Source: Thermodesulfobacteriota bacterium
GTDB lineage: Bacteria; Desulfobacterota_D; UBA1144; Nemesobacterales; Nemesobacteraceae
Length of the DNA: 64,000 nt
NCBI GenBank assembly: GCA_965200595.1
Contig: CBDAUE010000004.1
Coordinates: forward strand, 20,796 to 84,795
Reading direction: 5' to 3'
In this document: in pieces, positions 30,527-39,570 of the stretch
How positions within the stretch are numbered: the stretch's first letter is position 1
Layout of the letters: each line of letters starts with the position of its first letter
Translations under genes and position numbers: made by a program
Notes under the pieces: model-generated
Seen by the model: only the letters and a program-made list of their open reading frames with translations
Told to the model about the DNA's origin: nothing
Databases searched by the model: none

Positions 30527-31007
30527 CTAGTTTTCTCAGAAGCATTATTATAGGAAACCCTACCACTGCATTAGTGATAGCTTGATACAAAACCAGTTCA
30601 ATACCTATCTGCGGTACGCTGTATTGCTTGAACAGAAACAATACAAACAGCAGCAGGTACATCAACAGGGTTCCCGTAAAAAATGTCAGGGGCAGCAAAA
30701 AGATGTTCTCGCTGTTGTAATTAAAATTGCGCATGCCCATTTTGAGAGTCACAAACACGGCGAATCTTGTAAGCGTGTAGAGTCCCAGAGCCCCAATTGA
30801 AAAAATATCCATTAAAAACCCGTTCAACATGGCAAGTGTGAACAGATAGGGTATTTTGGCCCTGATTGCCATGCAGATTATCAGGATCAGATTGAAATCA
30901 GGGGTGAAACTGCCCAGAGAAGATGTCGGGATTACCGATGTCTGGATAATTATGAACAGAAAAGAGCAGAACAGATAGAAAAGAAAAGAGAGGTTTATTA
31001 TAACCAT
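30507..31007 (-). CDS. mreD: Rod-shape-determining protein MreD.
   Basis: A small polytopic protein between mreC and mrdA. Confidence 0.7.
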   Translation of the reverse strand: MVIINLSFLFYLFCSFLFIIIQTSVIPTSSLGSFTPDFNLILIICMAIRAKIPYLFTLAMLNGFLMDIFSIGALGLYTLTRFAVFVTLKMGMRNFNYNSENIFLLPLTFFTGTLLMYLLLFVLFLFKQYSVPQIGIELVLYQAITNAVVGFPIIMLLRKLDGISET

Positions 31008-31033
31008 ATTCCAACTGACTCAGTTGGGGAAAG

Positions 31034-31840
31034 CTAATTGAGGTGTATGAGCACCTCTTCAACCCTGCCTACGTCCATTGCCGGTTTTATAAAGGCCTTT
31101 TTAAGTCCTCTGTCCGGCTCAATTCTCGTTACGGTTCCTATAACCATATTTTTTGGGAAAACGTTGTCTTTTCCGGATGATATGATTTTGTCTCCGACTA
31201 TGATGTCGTCTTCTTGCTCAATGTACTTCATAATGTAAAGATTTCCTGCTCCGGTGACTATACCCCGTGTGCGGCTCCTCTGCACAATCGCATCCGTCAC
31301 GCTTGAGGGATTTGTCATCAGCATTACCATGGAGTTTTTTTCGCTTACCGAGTGTACGGTTCCTATGGCCCTGACGTTATTAAGCACTGGCGACCCCGCC
31401 TTTACCCCGACAGATGATCCTTTGTCCACTATAAGAAACCCTGGCCCCACCAGAGAAGGGTTGCTCCCTATAACGCTTGCTCCAACAATTTCTCCCTCAA
31501 GAGAGTTTTTATAGTTAAGAAGAGTTCTCAGCCTTTCATTTTCAAGCTGTATTTCCGTTAACATAAGATTCTTTGCTTCCATTTGCTGCAGCTGAGTCTT
31601 CAGATTGGAGTTTTCAACGCTTGTATTGACAAGATCAATATAATGGTCCCAGTAGTATCTTATTCCGTCTTTCACGTAGTCTGCCAAGGCGCCGGAACCG
31701 TAATTAACACTAAGCATCAGCTTTGTAGTGTAAACATCTCCTCTTTTCGCCAAGTCATAACTTACGGGCAACAGATGAGTCAGAACGATTATTAGGATAA
31801 AGGACAGAAAGAGCTGATTCTTGCTAAAGAACTTCTTCAT
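31034..31840 (-). CDS. mreC: Rod-shape-determining protein MreC.
   Basis: N-terminal TM helix, a coiled coil, and an MreC beta domain. Confidence 0.85.
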   Translation of the reverse strand: MKKFFSKNQLFLSFILIIVLTHLLPVSYDLAKRGDVYTTKLMLSVNYGSGALADYVKDGIRYYWDHYIDLVNTSVENSNLKTQLQQMEAKNLMLTEIQLENERLRTLLNYKNSLEGEIVGASVIGSNPSLVGPGFLIVDKGSSVGVKAGSPVLNNVRAIGTVHSVSEKNSMVMLMTNPSSVTDAIVQRSRTRGIVTGAGNLYIMKYIEQEDDIIVGDKIISSGKDNVFPKNMVIGTVTRIEPDRGLKKAFIKPAMDVGRVEEVLIHLN

Positions 31841-31897
31841 TAAGTTTTCTTTGCGGCCGGAAGCACTTACGGAAGCACTTAATCGATATTGTAGAAT

Positions 31898-32938
31898 TTA
31901 TATGGCAACTGAGTTCAGAAGATCTGTATCTTCAAGAACTTTTCCGGAACCCCTGACTACGCAGTCAAGAGGCTGCTCGGCCCTTTTTATCTTTATGCCG
32001 GTTTTTTGCTCTATGCGTCTGCGCAGTCCTCTTAGAAGCGATCCGCCTCCGGCCAGCATGATTCCCGATTCATATACATCTGCAGAGAGTTCCGGCGGGG
32101 TTCTCTCCAAAGTCTGTAAAATTGCATCAACTATCTGATTTATAGTTTCTTCCAGTGCTTCTCCGACCTCTTCGGTATCAATTGTAATCATTGAAGGAAC
32201 ACCGGAAATACTGTTTCTTCCGGTTACTTTTATTTGCATTTTCCTGGCGGTGCTTAAGTCCGGGTTTGCAGAGAACTTTTTCTTGAGCTCTTCTGCTGTC
32301 CTAGATCCGATTATTGCGTTGTGATTTTTTCTCAGCCACTGCTGTATGGCTTCATCCATTTTGTCTCCGCCAATTCTGATTGATTTGCTCACAACTATCC
32401 CGGACAGTGCGATAACGCCTATTCCCGTGGTTCCGCCTCCTACGTCAACCACCATACTGCCCGAGGGTTTGTCCACCTCTATCCCAGACCCTATTGCGGC
32501 GCAAATTGTTTCCTCAATGAGATATACTTTCCTTGCTCCCGCCGCCTCGGCCGACTCTCTTACAGCTCTTTTCTCTACTTCTGTGATCTCAAGGGGAACC
32601 GATATTATTACTTTGGGGCGGATTAGGCTTACTTTGCTGTCGCCGGATTTTTTTATGAAGTACTCGATCATTCTCTGCGCCGCTTCAAAATCGGCGATAA
32701 CACCGTCGCGAAGAGGTCTTATGGCTTTAATAGACTCAGGGGTTCTTCCTACCATTTCTCTGGCCTGTTTTCCTACGGCGATGAGTTTTGACTGGTGTCC
32801 CGGGAGAGTTTGGACTGCCACCACGGAGGGTTCGTTAGACACTATCCCGTGGCCTTTGAGGTATACAAGGGTATTTGCAGTTCCTAAATCAATTGCCAGA
32901 TCTCTTGAGAAAAATCCTAAAATTTTATCCAGTACCAT
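31898..32938 (-). CDS. mreB: Rod-shape-determining actin homologue MreB.
   Basis: DLGTANTLVY and GGGTTGIGVI actin-fold phosphate motifs. Confidence 0.95.
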   Translation of the reverse strand: MVLDKILGFFSRDLAIDLGTANTLVYLKGHGIVSNEPSVVAVQTLPGHQSKLIAVGKQAREMVGRTPESIKAIRPLRDGVIADFEAAQRMIEYFIKKSGDSKVSLIRPKVIISVPLEITEVEKRAVRESAEAAGARKVYLIEETICAAIGSGIEVDKPSGSMVVDVGGGTTGIGVIALSGIVVSKSIRIGGDKMDEAIQQWLRKNHNAIIGSRTAEELKKKFSANPDLSTARKMQIKVTGRNSISGVPSMITIDTEEVGEALEETINQIVDAILQTLERTPPELSADVYESGIMLAGGGSLLRGLRRRIEQKTGIKIKRAEQPLDCVVRGSGKVLEDTDLLNSVAI

Positions 32939-33068
32939 TGTTTACAGTTACCTCAATTCTTTTAAGTTAAAGCATGATCAAACCTTCAAATACCCGCTAT
33001 GTGAACCCTTGGACTAGGCAAATAATAACTAAGTACAGTTAACATTAAAGGATAACATTTTTTTTGAA

Positions 33069-34160
33069 TTATTCAAAGTGGTTATAAAAGGGTTTTTCCG
33101 CTATTTTTACGGCGTTGGGAGTTTTTTCTGCCTGGTCTTTCCCTCCGACAGATATTTCTCCACGAAAACCGGAAAATCCCCTCCTTATGTAGCCGATGGA
33201 GATGTTTTTTCCCGCAGAGGGGGAGTATGTCGAAGAAGTGATTCTCCCCACTTTTTTCTTGTCAATCCATAGTGTGTCTCCCGGCAGCGCACTGCCGTTT
33301 TGCTGCATCTCGAAATACGCAAGGTGCCAGTTCACCCTTCCTCTCCACTTTATTCTCGCTATTACTTCCTGCCCAACATAGCAGCCCTTTTCAAAGTCAA
33401 GGGCATTCCATATGCCGGCTTCAATCGGTATGGTGGAGATGTCCATATCCTTTCCGTAAACGGGTATGCCGGCTTCTATTCTCAGGGTCTCCAGGGCTTC
33501 ATGTCCGCAAAGCCGCGGAACAGGCGGATTTTCAATAAGAAGTTCCCAGATTTTATCTGCACTGCGATTTTCAAAAAGAACGTCAAAACCGGTTTCCCCG
33601 GTTCTGTTGACCTTCATTACGATTGCTTCGCCGCAAGTGCGGTGATCATATTCCTTCATATGTTTAACATTGGCGCTGAGACGGCTTTCGATTAACTCCA
33701 CACATCCGGGACCGCACACATGAAAAACACAGTAATCTTCAGTAACGTCAGCAATCTCGGCTTTGTATGAAAGTCTGAATCTGCAAAGAAGTTTCTCTAT
33801 ATTAGCGCTCATGTCCGGTTCTGTATCAATGTAGACTGAGTCTTCGTTTTTAAACACTCTCATGTCTGAAGTCATTTTCCCCTTGGGAGTGAGTATTGCG
33901 GCGTACGCACCTGTGCCGGGAATTTTTTCCTTTACGTCGTTTGTAATCATCCCCTGCAGGAATTTTATGTGGTCGGCTCCGGACAGCATAAGTTTTCCTC
34001 TGTCTGAGATGTCTATGACGGCTGCAGATTCCCTTACGGCTTTTGCTTCTCCCTGCGGGTCACCGTAGCTTTTCGGAAGAAAAAAACCTCCAATCTCGCC
34101 GAACACAGCTCCCCGGGCTGCGTGTCTGTCATAAAGCGGAGTTTTCTTTGCGGATTCCAT
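33069..34160 (-). CDS. Aminomethyltransferase-family folate-binding protein (GcvT/YgfZ-like). The track ORF extends to 34259, but the start at M34 (MESAKKTPLYDRH) is more plausible.
   Basis: GcvT N-terminal domain pattern (LYDRHAARGAVFGEIGGFFLP...AVIDISDRGKLMLSGADHIKFLQGMITNDV). Confidence 0.65.
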   Translation of the reverse strand: MESAKKTPLYDRHAARGAVFGEIGGFFLPKSYGDPQGEAKAVRESAAVIDISDRGKLMLSGADHIKFLQGMITNDVKEKIPGTGAYAAILTPKGKMTSDMRVFKNEDSVYIDTEPDMSANIEKLLCRFRLSYKAEIADVTEDYCVFHVCGPGCVELIESRLSANVKHMKEYDHRTCGEAIVMKVNRTGETGFDVLFENRSADKIWELLIENPPVPRLCGHEALETLRIEAGIPVYGKDMDISTIPIEAGIWNALDFEKGCYVGQEVIARIKWRGRVNWHLAYFEMQQNGSALPGDTLWIDKKKVGRITSSTYSPSAGKNISIGYIRRGFSGFRGEISVGGKDQAEKTPNAVKIAEKPFYNHFE

Positions 34161-34281
34161 TGGCGTAAGCACTTGCGGAGGAGCTTTTTGCCGCCTCCTT
34201 GCTTTGTTTTGTCTCTTGAAAAACCAATGCCTGAATGTAGTATAAAGCCCCTGTTCCAAAAAGAAATTGCAGGGGTGTTAA

Positions 34282-35226
34282 GTGAAAGAATTGAAAGGAA
34301 ACTACAGTGTGGTCATAATGGGTTCCGGCCCTGCCGGACTGACCGCGGCCCTCTACACGGCGCGGGCGAATCTTGAGCCGCTTGTATTTGAAGGTCCAGA
34401 AGCCGGAGGGCAGCTTACCACGACTACAGATGTTGAGAACTTCCCGGGGTTTCCAAGCGGAATCATGGGTCCTGAACTTATGGATCTTATGAGGGAACAG
34501 TCCGAACGTTTCGGCGCGCAGTGCGTACACAAGGCTGTAACGGCTGTCGATTTCTCACAAAGGCCGTTTCGCATATCGACTGAAGACGAACAGATACTGG
34601 CTTCCACATTCATCATTTCTTCGGGCGCCACGGCAAGGATGCTCGGTTTGCCTTCCGAACGCGAGCTTGTGGGCTACGGGGTTTCCACATGCGCCACATG
34701 CGACGGATTTTTCTTCAGGGACAAGGAGCTTGTGGTTGTCGGGGGAGGAGACAGCGCTATGGAGGAGTCCGTCTTCCTTACTAAGTTTGCCACTCGGGTT
34801 TCGGTGATTCACAGGCGCGACAGGCTCAGGGCGTCGGCAATAATGCAGCAGCGCGCCGAGGAAAATGAAAAAATAGATTTTATATGGAACAGCGTTGTTG
34901 AAGAAGTGCTGGGGTCAAAAGAGGACGGAGTAACGGGGGTACAGATAAAGGATATCGTTACTGGGCAGAGCCATGTCAAGCAGTGCCAGGGTATGTTCGT
35001 AGCGATCGGGCACACTCCCAACAGCGGTATTTTCAAAGGACAGCTTGATATGGATGATAACGGCTACCTTGCGACTAATAACGGCACCTCTGAGACGAGC
35101 GTTGCCGGCGTTTTTGCCGCCGGAGACATACAGGATACAAGATACAAACAGGCTATAACGGCGGCGGGAAGCGGATGCATGGCGGCTATAGACGCGGAGA
35201 AATTCATAGAAGAGCATGGACTTTAA
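34282..35226 (+). CDS. trxB: Thioredoxin-disulfide reductase.
   Basis: Redox-active CATCDGFF. FAD and NADPH Rossmann motifs (GSGPAGLTAALY, VVGGGDSAMEE). Confidence 0.9.
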   Translation: MKELKGNYSVVIMGSGPAGLTAALYTARANLEPLVFEGPEAGGQLTTTTDVENFPGFPSGIMGPELMDLMREQSERFGAQCVHKAVTAVDFSQRPFRISTEDEQILASTFIISSGATARMLGLPSERELVGYGVSTCATCDGFFFRDKELVVVGGGDSAMEESVFLTKFATRVSVIHRRDRLRASAIMQQRAEENEKIDFIWNSVVEEVLGSKEDGVTGVQIKDIVTGQSHVKQCQGMFVAIGHTPNSGIFKGQLDMDDNGYLATNNGTSETSVAGVFAAGDIQDTRYKQAITAAGSGCMAAIDAEKFIEEHGL

Positions 35227-35295
35227 CTGTTTCGCGTCTTAAAAGTCTTGGACAAAGAGTTTTTATTCGGTTATACAGATTGCCTGTTTTTTTGC

Positions 35296-35370
35296 GGGCG
35301 GTTAGCTCAGCGGGAGAGCACCTGCCTTACAAGCAGGGGGTCACAGGTTCGAATCCTGTACCGCCCACCA
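35296..35370 (+). tRNA. tRNA-Val (anticodon TAC).
   Basis: GGGCGGTTAGCTCAGCGGGAGAGCACCTGCCTTACAAGCAGGGGGTCACAGGTTCGAATCCTGTACCGCCCACCA. Cloverleaf with anticodon loop CTTACAA and an encoded CCA. Confidence 0.9.
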
Positions 35371-35387
35371 TCTGAATTGATTTAAAC

Positions 35388-35465
35388 GGGGCCGTAGTTC
35401 AGCCTGGTTAGAACGCTGGCCTGTCAAGCCAGAGGTCGCGGGTTCAAATCCCGTCGGTCCCGCCA
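35388..35465 (+). tRNA. tRNA-Asp (anticodon GTC).
   Basis: GGGGCCGTAGTTCAGCCTGGTTAGAACGCTGGCCTGTCAAGCCAGAGGTCGCGGGTTCAAATCCCGTCGGTCCCGCCA. Confidence 0.9.
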
Positions 35466-35568
35466 CCCCGATTGAAAAACTGCACGGAATCTGGAGCTGT
35501 GTGTGTGGGGTTCCAGCTTTTTTGTGTATAGTTTTCGCGTTAGATTCCGTTGCGGGAAATTCATATCA

Positions 35569-37029
35569 TTGGATATTCAAAAACAGATTGAACGGTTCGA
35601 AACGGGTTACCCGTTTCGCCGGCTCCTTCGCCCTGCGACAATAGGCGACGGCATAAGAAAACTGGGAGAGGAAGAATCCCGGTTCCTTCAGCGGGAATAC
35701 GACAGTTCTCTTTCCGAAATGAGTGTGTGCAAGTTTGTTCCGGCATCGGGAGCGGCCTCGAGAATGTTCCGGGATCTTGGTGTGCTTCAGGAAGTTTTTT
35801 CCTCAAAAAGAGCGGTTATGAATTCCGAAGAGGAAAAAATACTTGATAAATTACTCTCAAACGTAACAAGATTTCCTTTTGCGGATCTGCTTGAAGAGAA
35901 GCTGGGCAAAAGCCTTGAAAAGGTTGTCTGTTCGGGGGACTTCAGGTCCATTGTTGACACGCTTTTGGGAAACGACGCTATGGGTTATGGAAACGCTCCG
36001 AAAGGACTTGTTCCTTTTCACAGCTACGGCGGGGAGAGGAGAACGGCTTTTTGTGAGCATTTCAAAGAAGCCCTTGAATATATAAGTTCGCGTGGCACGG
36101 CTTCCATGCATTTTACTATTTCTCCCGCATTTGCCGAGCAGTTTGCTCAGCAAGAGGAGAAGACTGTATCTTTTTTTTCCTCTGAGGGGGTCTCGTTTGA
36201 TGTGACTTACTCGGTTCAGGATCCCGAAACGGACACAATTGCGGTCGCAATGGACGGCACTCCCGTTACAGACACCGACGGATCTCTGCTCAGACGGCCT
36301 GCGGGACATGGAGCGCTGCTCAAGAATCTGAACGAACTCTGCTATGACTGCATTTTTATAAAAAACATAGATAACGTGGCAAAAGAGGCGCTTCTTCCCG
36401 ATACGGTTAAGTGGAAAAAGACCCTTGGCGGACTTCTGCTTTCCATCCAGAGAAAGATTTTCCGATATGCAGAGGCCCTTTCTTGCGGCCGGACCTCAGA
36501 ATCGCTTGAGCGGGAAATAGTTTCTTTCTGCAGGGAAGAGCTTTTAATGGATCTTTCAGGGCTCTCTCAAGCCGAAAGAAGCAAACACCTGCTCCAGGCG
36601 CTTGACAGACCCGTAAGGGTATGCGGGATTGTGGAGAACCTCGGCGAACCGGGCGGCGGTCCTTTCTGGGTACAAGAAAAAGAAACGGAATCTCTTCAGA
36701 TAGTTGAAAGCGCTGAGGTCGATCATGGCTCTTCTTCCCAGAGACGTATATGGGAGAGTTCAACCCATTTTAATCCTGTGGATATTGTCTGCGGAGTGAA
36801 AAATTTTAAGGCAGAGAAATTCAATTTGCCTGATTTTGTTGATTCCGAAGCCGGGATTATAACCGAAAAGACATTCGGTACTGTAAAAATAAAAACGCTT
36901 GAACTCCCAGGGCTGTGGAACGGTTCCATGTCCGGATGGATAACGGTTTTCGTGGAAGTTGCTTCTACAACGTTTAATCCTGTGAAAACTGTATGGGATC
37001 TTCTAAAGGAGCCGCATCAAGCAGGTTAA
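35569..37029 (+). CDS. DUF4301-like protein (predicted nucleotidyltransferase-fold). The start is set at the in-frame TTG at 35569; the track ORF begins at 35503.
   Basis: N-terminus (M)DIQKQIERFETGYPFRRLLRPATIGDGI resembles DUF4301 family N-termini. It is co-directional with and upstream of manC. Confidence 0.45.
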   Translation: MDIQKQIERFETGYPFRRLLRPATIGDGIRKLGEEESRFLQREYDSSLSEMSVCKFVPASGAASRMFRDLGVLQEVFSSKRAVMNSEEEKILDKLLSNVTRFPFADLLEEKLGKSLEKVVCSGDFRSIVDTLLGNDAMGYGNAPKGLVPFHSYGGERRTAFCEHFKEALEYISSRGTASMHFTISPAFAEQFAQQEEKTVSFFSSEGVSFDVTYSVQDPETDTIAVAMDGTPVTDTDGSLLRRPAGHGALLKNLNELCYDCIFIKNIDNVAKEALLPDTVKWKKTLGGLLLSIQRKIFRYAEALSCGRTSESLEREIVSFCREELLMDLSGLSQAERSKHLLQALDRPVRVCGIVENLGEPGGGPFWVQEKETESLQIVESAEVDHGSSSQRRIWESSTHFNPVDIVCGVKNFKAEKFNLPDFVDSEAGIITEKTFGTVKIKTLELPGLWNGSMSGWITVFVEVASTTFNPVKTVWDLLKEPHQAG

Positions 37030-37064
37030 AATCAGAAACTGTTCTATGGAACTTGGTTCTCAAA

Positions 37065-38417
37065 ATGTCTAAAGAAAATCTTTACTGCCTTACCCTTGCC
37101 GGGGGACGGGGAACCAGACTCTGGCCTCTGTCAACAGAATCTTTGCCCAAGCAGTTTCTCAGCATAAACGGAGACGAGACTCTTTTGCTTGGAACGCTTA
37201 AGCGTGCCGCCCGACTTGTCGCCGAAGAAAACATACTGGTCGTGCTTGAGGAAAAACAGCGCCCGCTTATTGAACAGAACCTTGCCGACACGGATTTTTT
37301 GGGAAAGATAAAAATTGTGACCGAGCCTGTCGGCAGAAATACTGCTCCGGCGATTCTGCTTGGGACACTCGGGATTTCCTCGAAAGACGAAGATGCGGTG
37401 ATAATGGTTTTCCCCTCGGATCATCTCCTTGAAGACGACGATGATTTCTGTGATCACATACGAAGGGCAGTTTTCCTTGCCGAAGACGATTACATCGTGT
37501 GTTTCGGGATAACCCCTTCCGCCCCTGAGACCGGATACGGCTACATTGAGGGAGGAGAACCCCTTCGCGAAGGCGGGCTTAAGATAAAAAGATTCGTCGA
37601 AAAACCCAGCGCCGAAGTTGCAGGACAATACCTGCTTTCGGGGAACTTTTTCTGGAACAGCGGAATGTTCGTTTTCCGGGCCCGTACCATGGTCGAGGAA
37701 TATGCGGCTCTTTGCCCTGATGTGTATCAGCCGATACGCAAAGCTTCCTGCGGTAAAATCGACAGGGACATCTATTCCCGGCTTCCTTCCGTTCCAGTTG
37801 ACCGGGCTGTAATGGAGAGAACCTTGCGAGGAGCCGTGCTGCCGTCTTCTTTTCGCTGGAGCGACATAGGGTCATGGCGGCTTTTCTATGAATTTTTCCC
37901 AAAAGACTCCGAGGGCAATGTGCTTTCGGGAGACGTAATTTTGAAAGACACTGAGACTTCTCTTATAAAAAGTAGTTCGAGACTTGTCTGTGCAGCAGGT
38001 CTGCGCAACATTGCGGTAATAGAAACTCCCGACAGCGTTTTTGTTTCTGGTCTTGAACGCTCAAGCGAGGCGGGCGAATTTGCAAATGAATTAAAGGGAA
38101 AGGGAAGGAGTGAGGCAAGCCATCCGAGTATAGTTCACTATCCTTGGGGCAGCAGGGAAGATGTTGAAAAACGAAAACTATCAAGAGTGATGAAAACAAC
38201 TGTTTTTCCCGGAAAATCAGCGAAAACAGAAAATGCCTCTTCTGAGAACTTGTTATTGGTGGTTTTCGAGGGAGAGGCCCTTATAATCAGCAAGGAGGTC
38301 AGCCATGAACTGGCTTCCGGACAGACCGTTTTTTTTGAAAACGGAGCGAACTGCACTGTCGAAAACAAAACAGATAATATCCTGATCATTCTTGAGATTT
38401 TCTTCGTCAGGAGTTGA
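37065..38417 (+). CDS. manC: Mannose-1-phosphate guanylyltransferase / mannose-6-phosphate isomerase (nucleotidyltransferase plus cupin).
   Basis: LAGGRGTRLWPLS nucleotidyltransferase motif. C-terminal cupin region. Confidence 0.85.
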   Translation: MSKENLYCLTLAGGRGTRLWPLSTESLPKQFLSINGDETLLLGTLKRAARLVAEENILVVLEEKQRPLIEQNLADTDFLGKIKIVTEPVGRNTAPAILLGTLGISSKDEDAVIMVFPSDHLLEDDDDFCDHIRRAVFLAEDDYIVCFGITPSAPETGYGYIEGGEPLREGGLKIKRFVEKPSAEVAGQYLLSGNFFWNSGMFVFRARTMVEEYAALCPDVYQPIRKASCGKIDRDIYSRLPSVPVDRAVMERTLRGAVLPSSFRWSDIGSWRLFYEFFPKDSEGNVLSGDVILKDTETSLIKSSSRLVCAAGLRNIAVIETPDSVFVSGLERSSEAGEFANELKGKGRSEASHPSIVHYPWGSREDVEKRKLSRVMKTTVFPGKSAKTENASSENLLLVVFEGEALIISKEVSHELASGQTVFFENGANCTVENKTDNILIILEIFFVRS

Positions 38418-38482
38418 AAAAAACGGGCAGGACGGAGTTTTGACTATGGTTTCCGTTGAGTTATCATTTCTTCACCGAACGG

Positions 38483-38574
38483 GGAGAGGTGGCCGAGTGG
38501 TCGAAGGCGCTCGATTGCTAATCGAGTAAGGGGTGAAAGCCCCTTCGTGGGTTCGAATCCCACTCTCTCCGCCA
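38483..38574 (+). tRNA. tRNA-Ser (anticodon GCT), long variable arm.
   Basis: GGAGAGGTGGCCGAGTGGTCGAAGGCGCTCGATTGCTAATCGAGTAAGGGGTGAAAGCCCCTTCGTGGGTTCGAATCCCACTCTCTCCGCCA. Confidence 0.9.
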
Positions 38575-38640
38575 CTTCTGCTTTGTATTCCACATTAATG
38601 AGGGCTTTATACCAAGGTAACGTTTGAAGGAATTGTTGCG

Positions 38641-38795
38641 TCCGCACTTGGTCGAAACTGGCAATTCATTTAGGGAGATCGGCGCTGAATCCCGCCTGAA
38701 TCAGACAATTCGGCTTTGAAATTGCCGGAATACCCCCTCCCGCTGTGTGGTTCCAAAAATCTCAACCTCGAAAAACCCCCTACTACGCAAATGCC
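38641..38795 (+). repeat. Copy A of a roughly 160-bp repeated intergenic element (X), just downstream of tRNA-Ser.
   Basis: About 75% identical to the reverse complement of 47322-47486. Conserved blocks: GGCTTTGAAATTGCCGGAATACCCCC and CCAAAAATCTCAA.C..CGAAAAACCC..TACTACGCAAATGC. Confidence 0.6.
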
Positions 38796-38945
38796 TTTCT
38801 TTCTTGCATTTTTGCAGAAATTTTGTTACTCTACATTTGGTAGTTTCAAACCTGAAACGCAACTTTTGGTGTATTGATTTATGTGGGAATTATAGCGATA
38901 ATTAGACAAACTTAGCAGGAGGTCATTTGCTAAGCTAAGGGACTG

Positions 38946-39158
38946 CTATTTCTTCACCTTGATTTTTCTTGAGGCTTGAAGGTCTCTGTCCGCATTGCGG
39001 AAGATTGCCTTTGCCAGTTCCTCCGGCGTTGTGTCTATGCGGGGTATCTTCCGGATCTCGGGTCTGCCTCGGGGATTTTTAATCCGGGATTTGTTCTTTT
39101 TCATGATTCTTACCCAAGGGTGTTTTTCATTCTCAGGGCAATGATAACAGCAATTCAA
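38946..39158 (-). CDS. Small ORF (70 aa) inside the IS1595 3' region. It is translationally coupled (ATGA overlap) to the transposase stop. Possible passenger, or spurious.
   Basis: Basic protein MNCCYHCPENEKHPWVRIMKKNKSRIKNPRGRPEIRKIPRIDTTPEELAKAIF. It lies inside the IS inverted repeats. Confidence 0.25.
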   Translation of the reverse strand: MNCCYHCPENEKHPWVRIMKKNKSRIKNPRGRPEIRKIPRIDTTPEELAKAIFRNADRDLQASRKIKVKK

Positions 39159-39570
39159 GATACAAGCTCTTTATAGGGAAGCTTCTTGCCAACCAACCCC
39201 TTGGCCAACAGCGCCATCTGCTCTATAGTGTCCATCTCTCTTGCATTATGCCTGCCCGCAAACTCCGTAACATAGCGGTCCAGATGTTTCTCGCTCATGT
39301 GATGGTAAGTTCCGTAGTACCCTCTGTTCAAAGCAGCCCAGAAGGATTCCACGCCGTTTACATGGGCTTTTTCTCTTACATACTCTCCCACACTGTGATT
39401 AACCGCTTCATGTCTGTAGTTCTTCTTCCCAAGACCCATATACCCCCTGTTCTGATCGGTGTATACCGTAGAACCTTCTTTCACAGCCTCCTCTACCATG
39501 CGTTGAAGTGTGATGCTCGATACCGGCCTAGTCACTTTTGCCCTGATCTTGCTGCCCCCACGCTCCTTAA
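39155..39570 (-). pseudogene. IS1595-family transposase, C-terminal fragment (DDE_Tnp_IS1595).
   Basis: ...KERGGSKIRAKVTRPVSSITLQRMVEEAVKEGSTVYTDQNRGYMGL...HEAVNHSVGEYVREKAHVNGVESFWAALNRGYYGTYHHMSEKHLDRYVTEFAGRHN is the ISXO2-like conserved core. Confidence 0.8.

Larger units (their letters stand above)
38881..39570 (-). mobile_element. IS1595-family (ISXO2-like) element, right (C-terminal) half. The other half is at 53809-54466.
   Basis: Terminal IR ATGTGGGAATTATAGCGATAATTAGACAAA at 38881 matches the reverse complement of 54436-54466. It abuts the left end of IS3 copy 3. Confidence 0.8.

Noticed and set aside
35175-35375. 66-aa ORF overlapping tRNA-Val.
   Set aside because: It overlaps a well-formed tRNA gene on the same strand.
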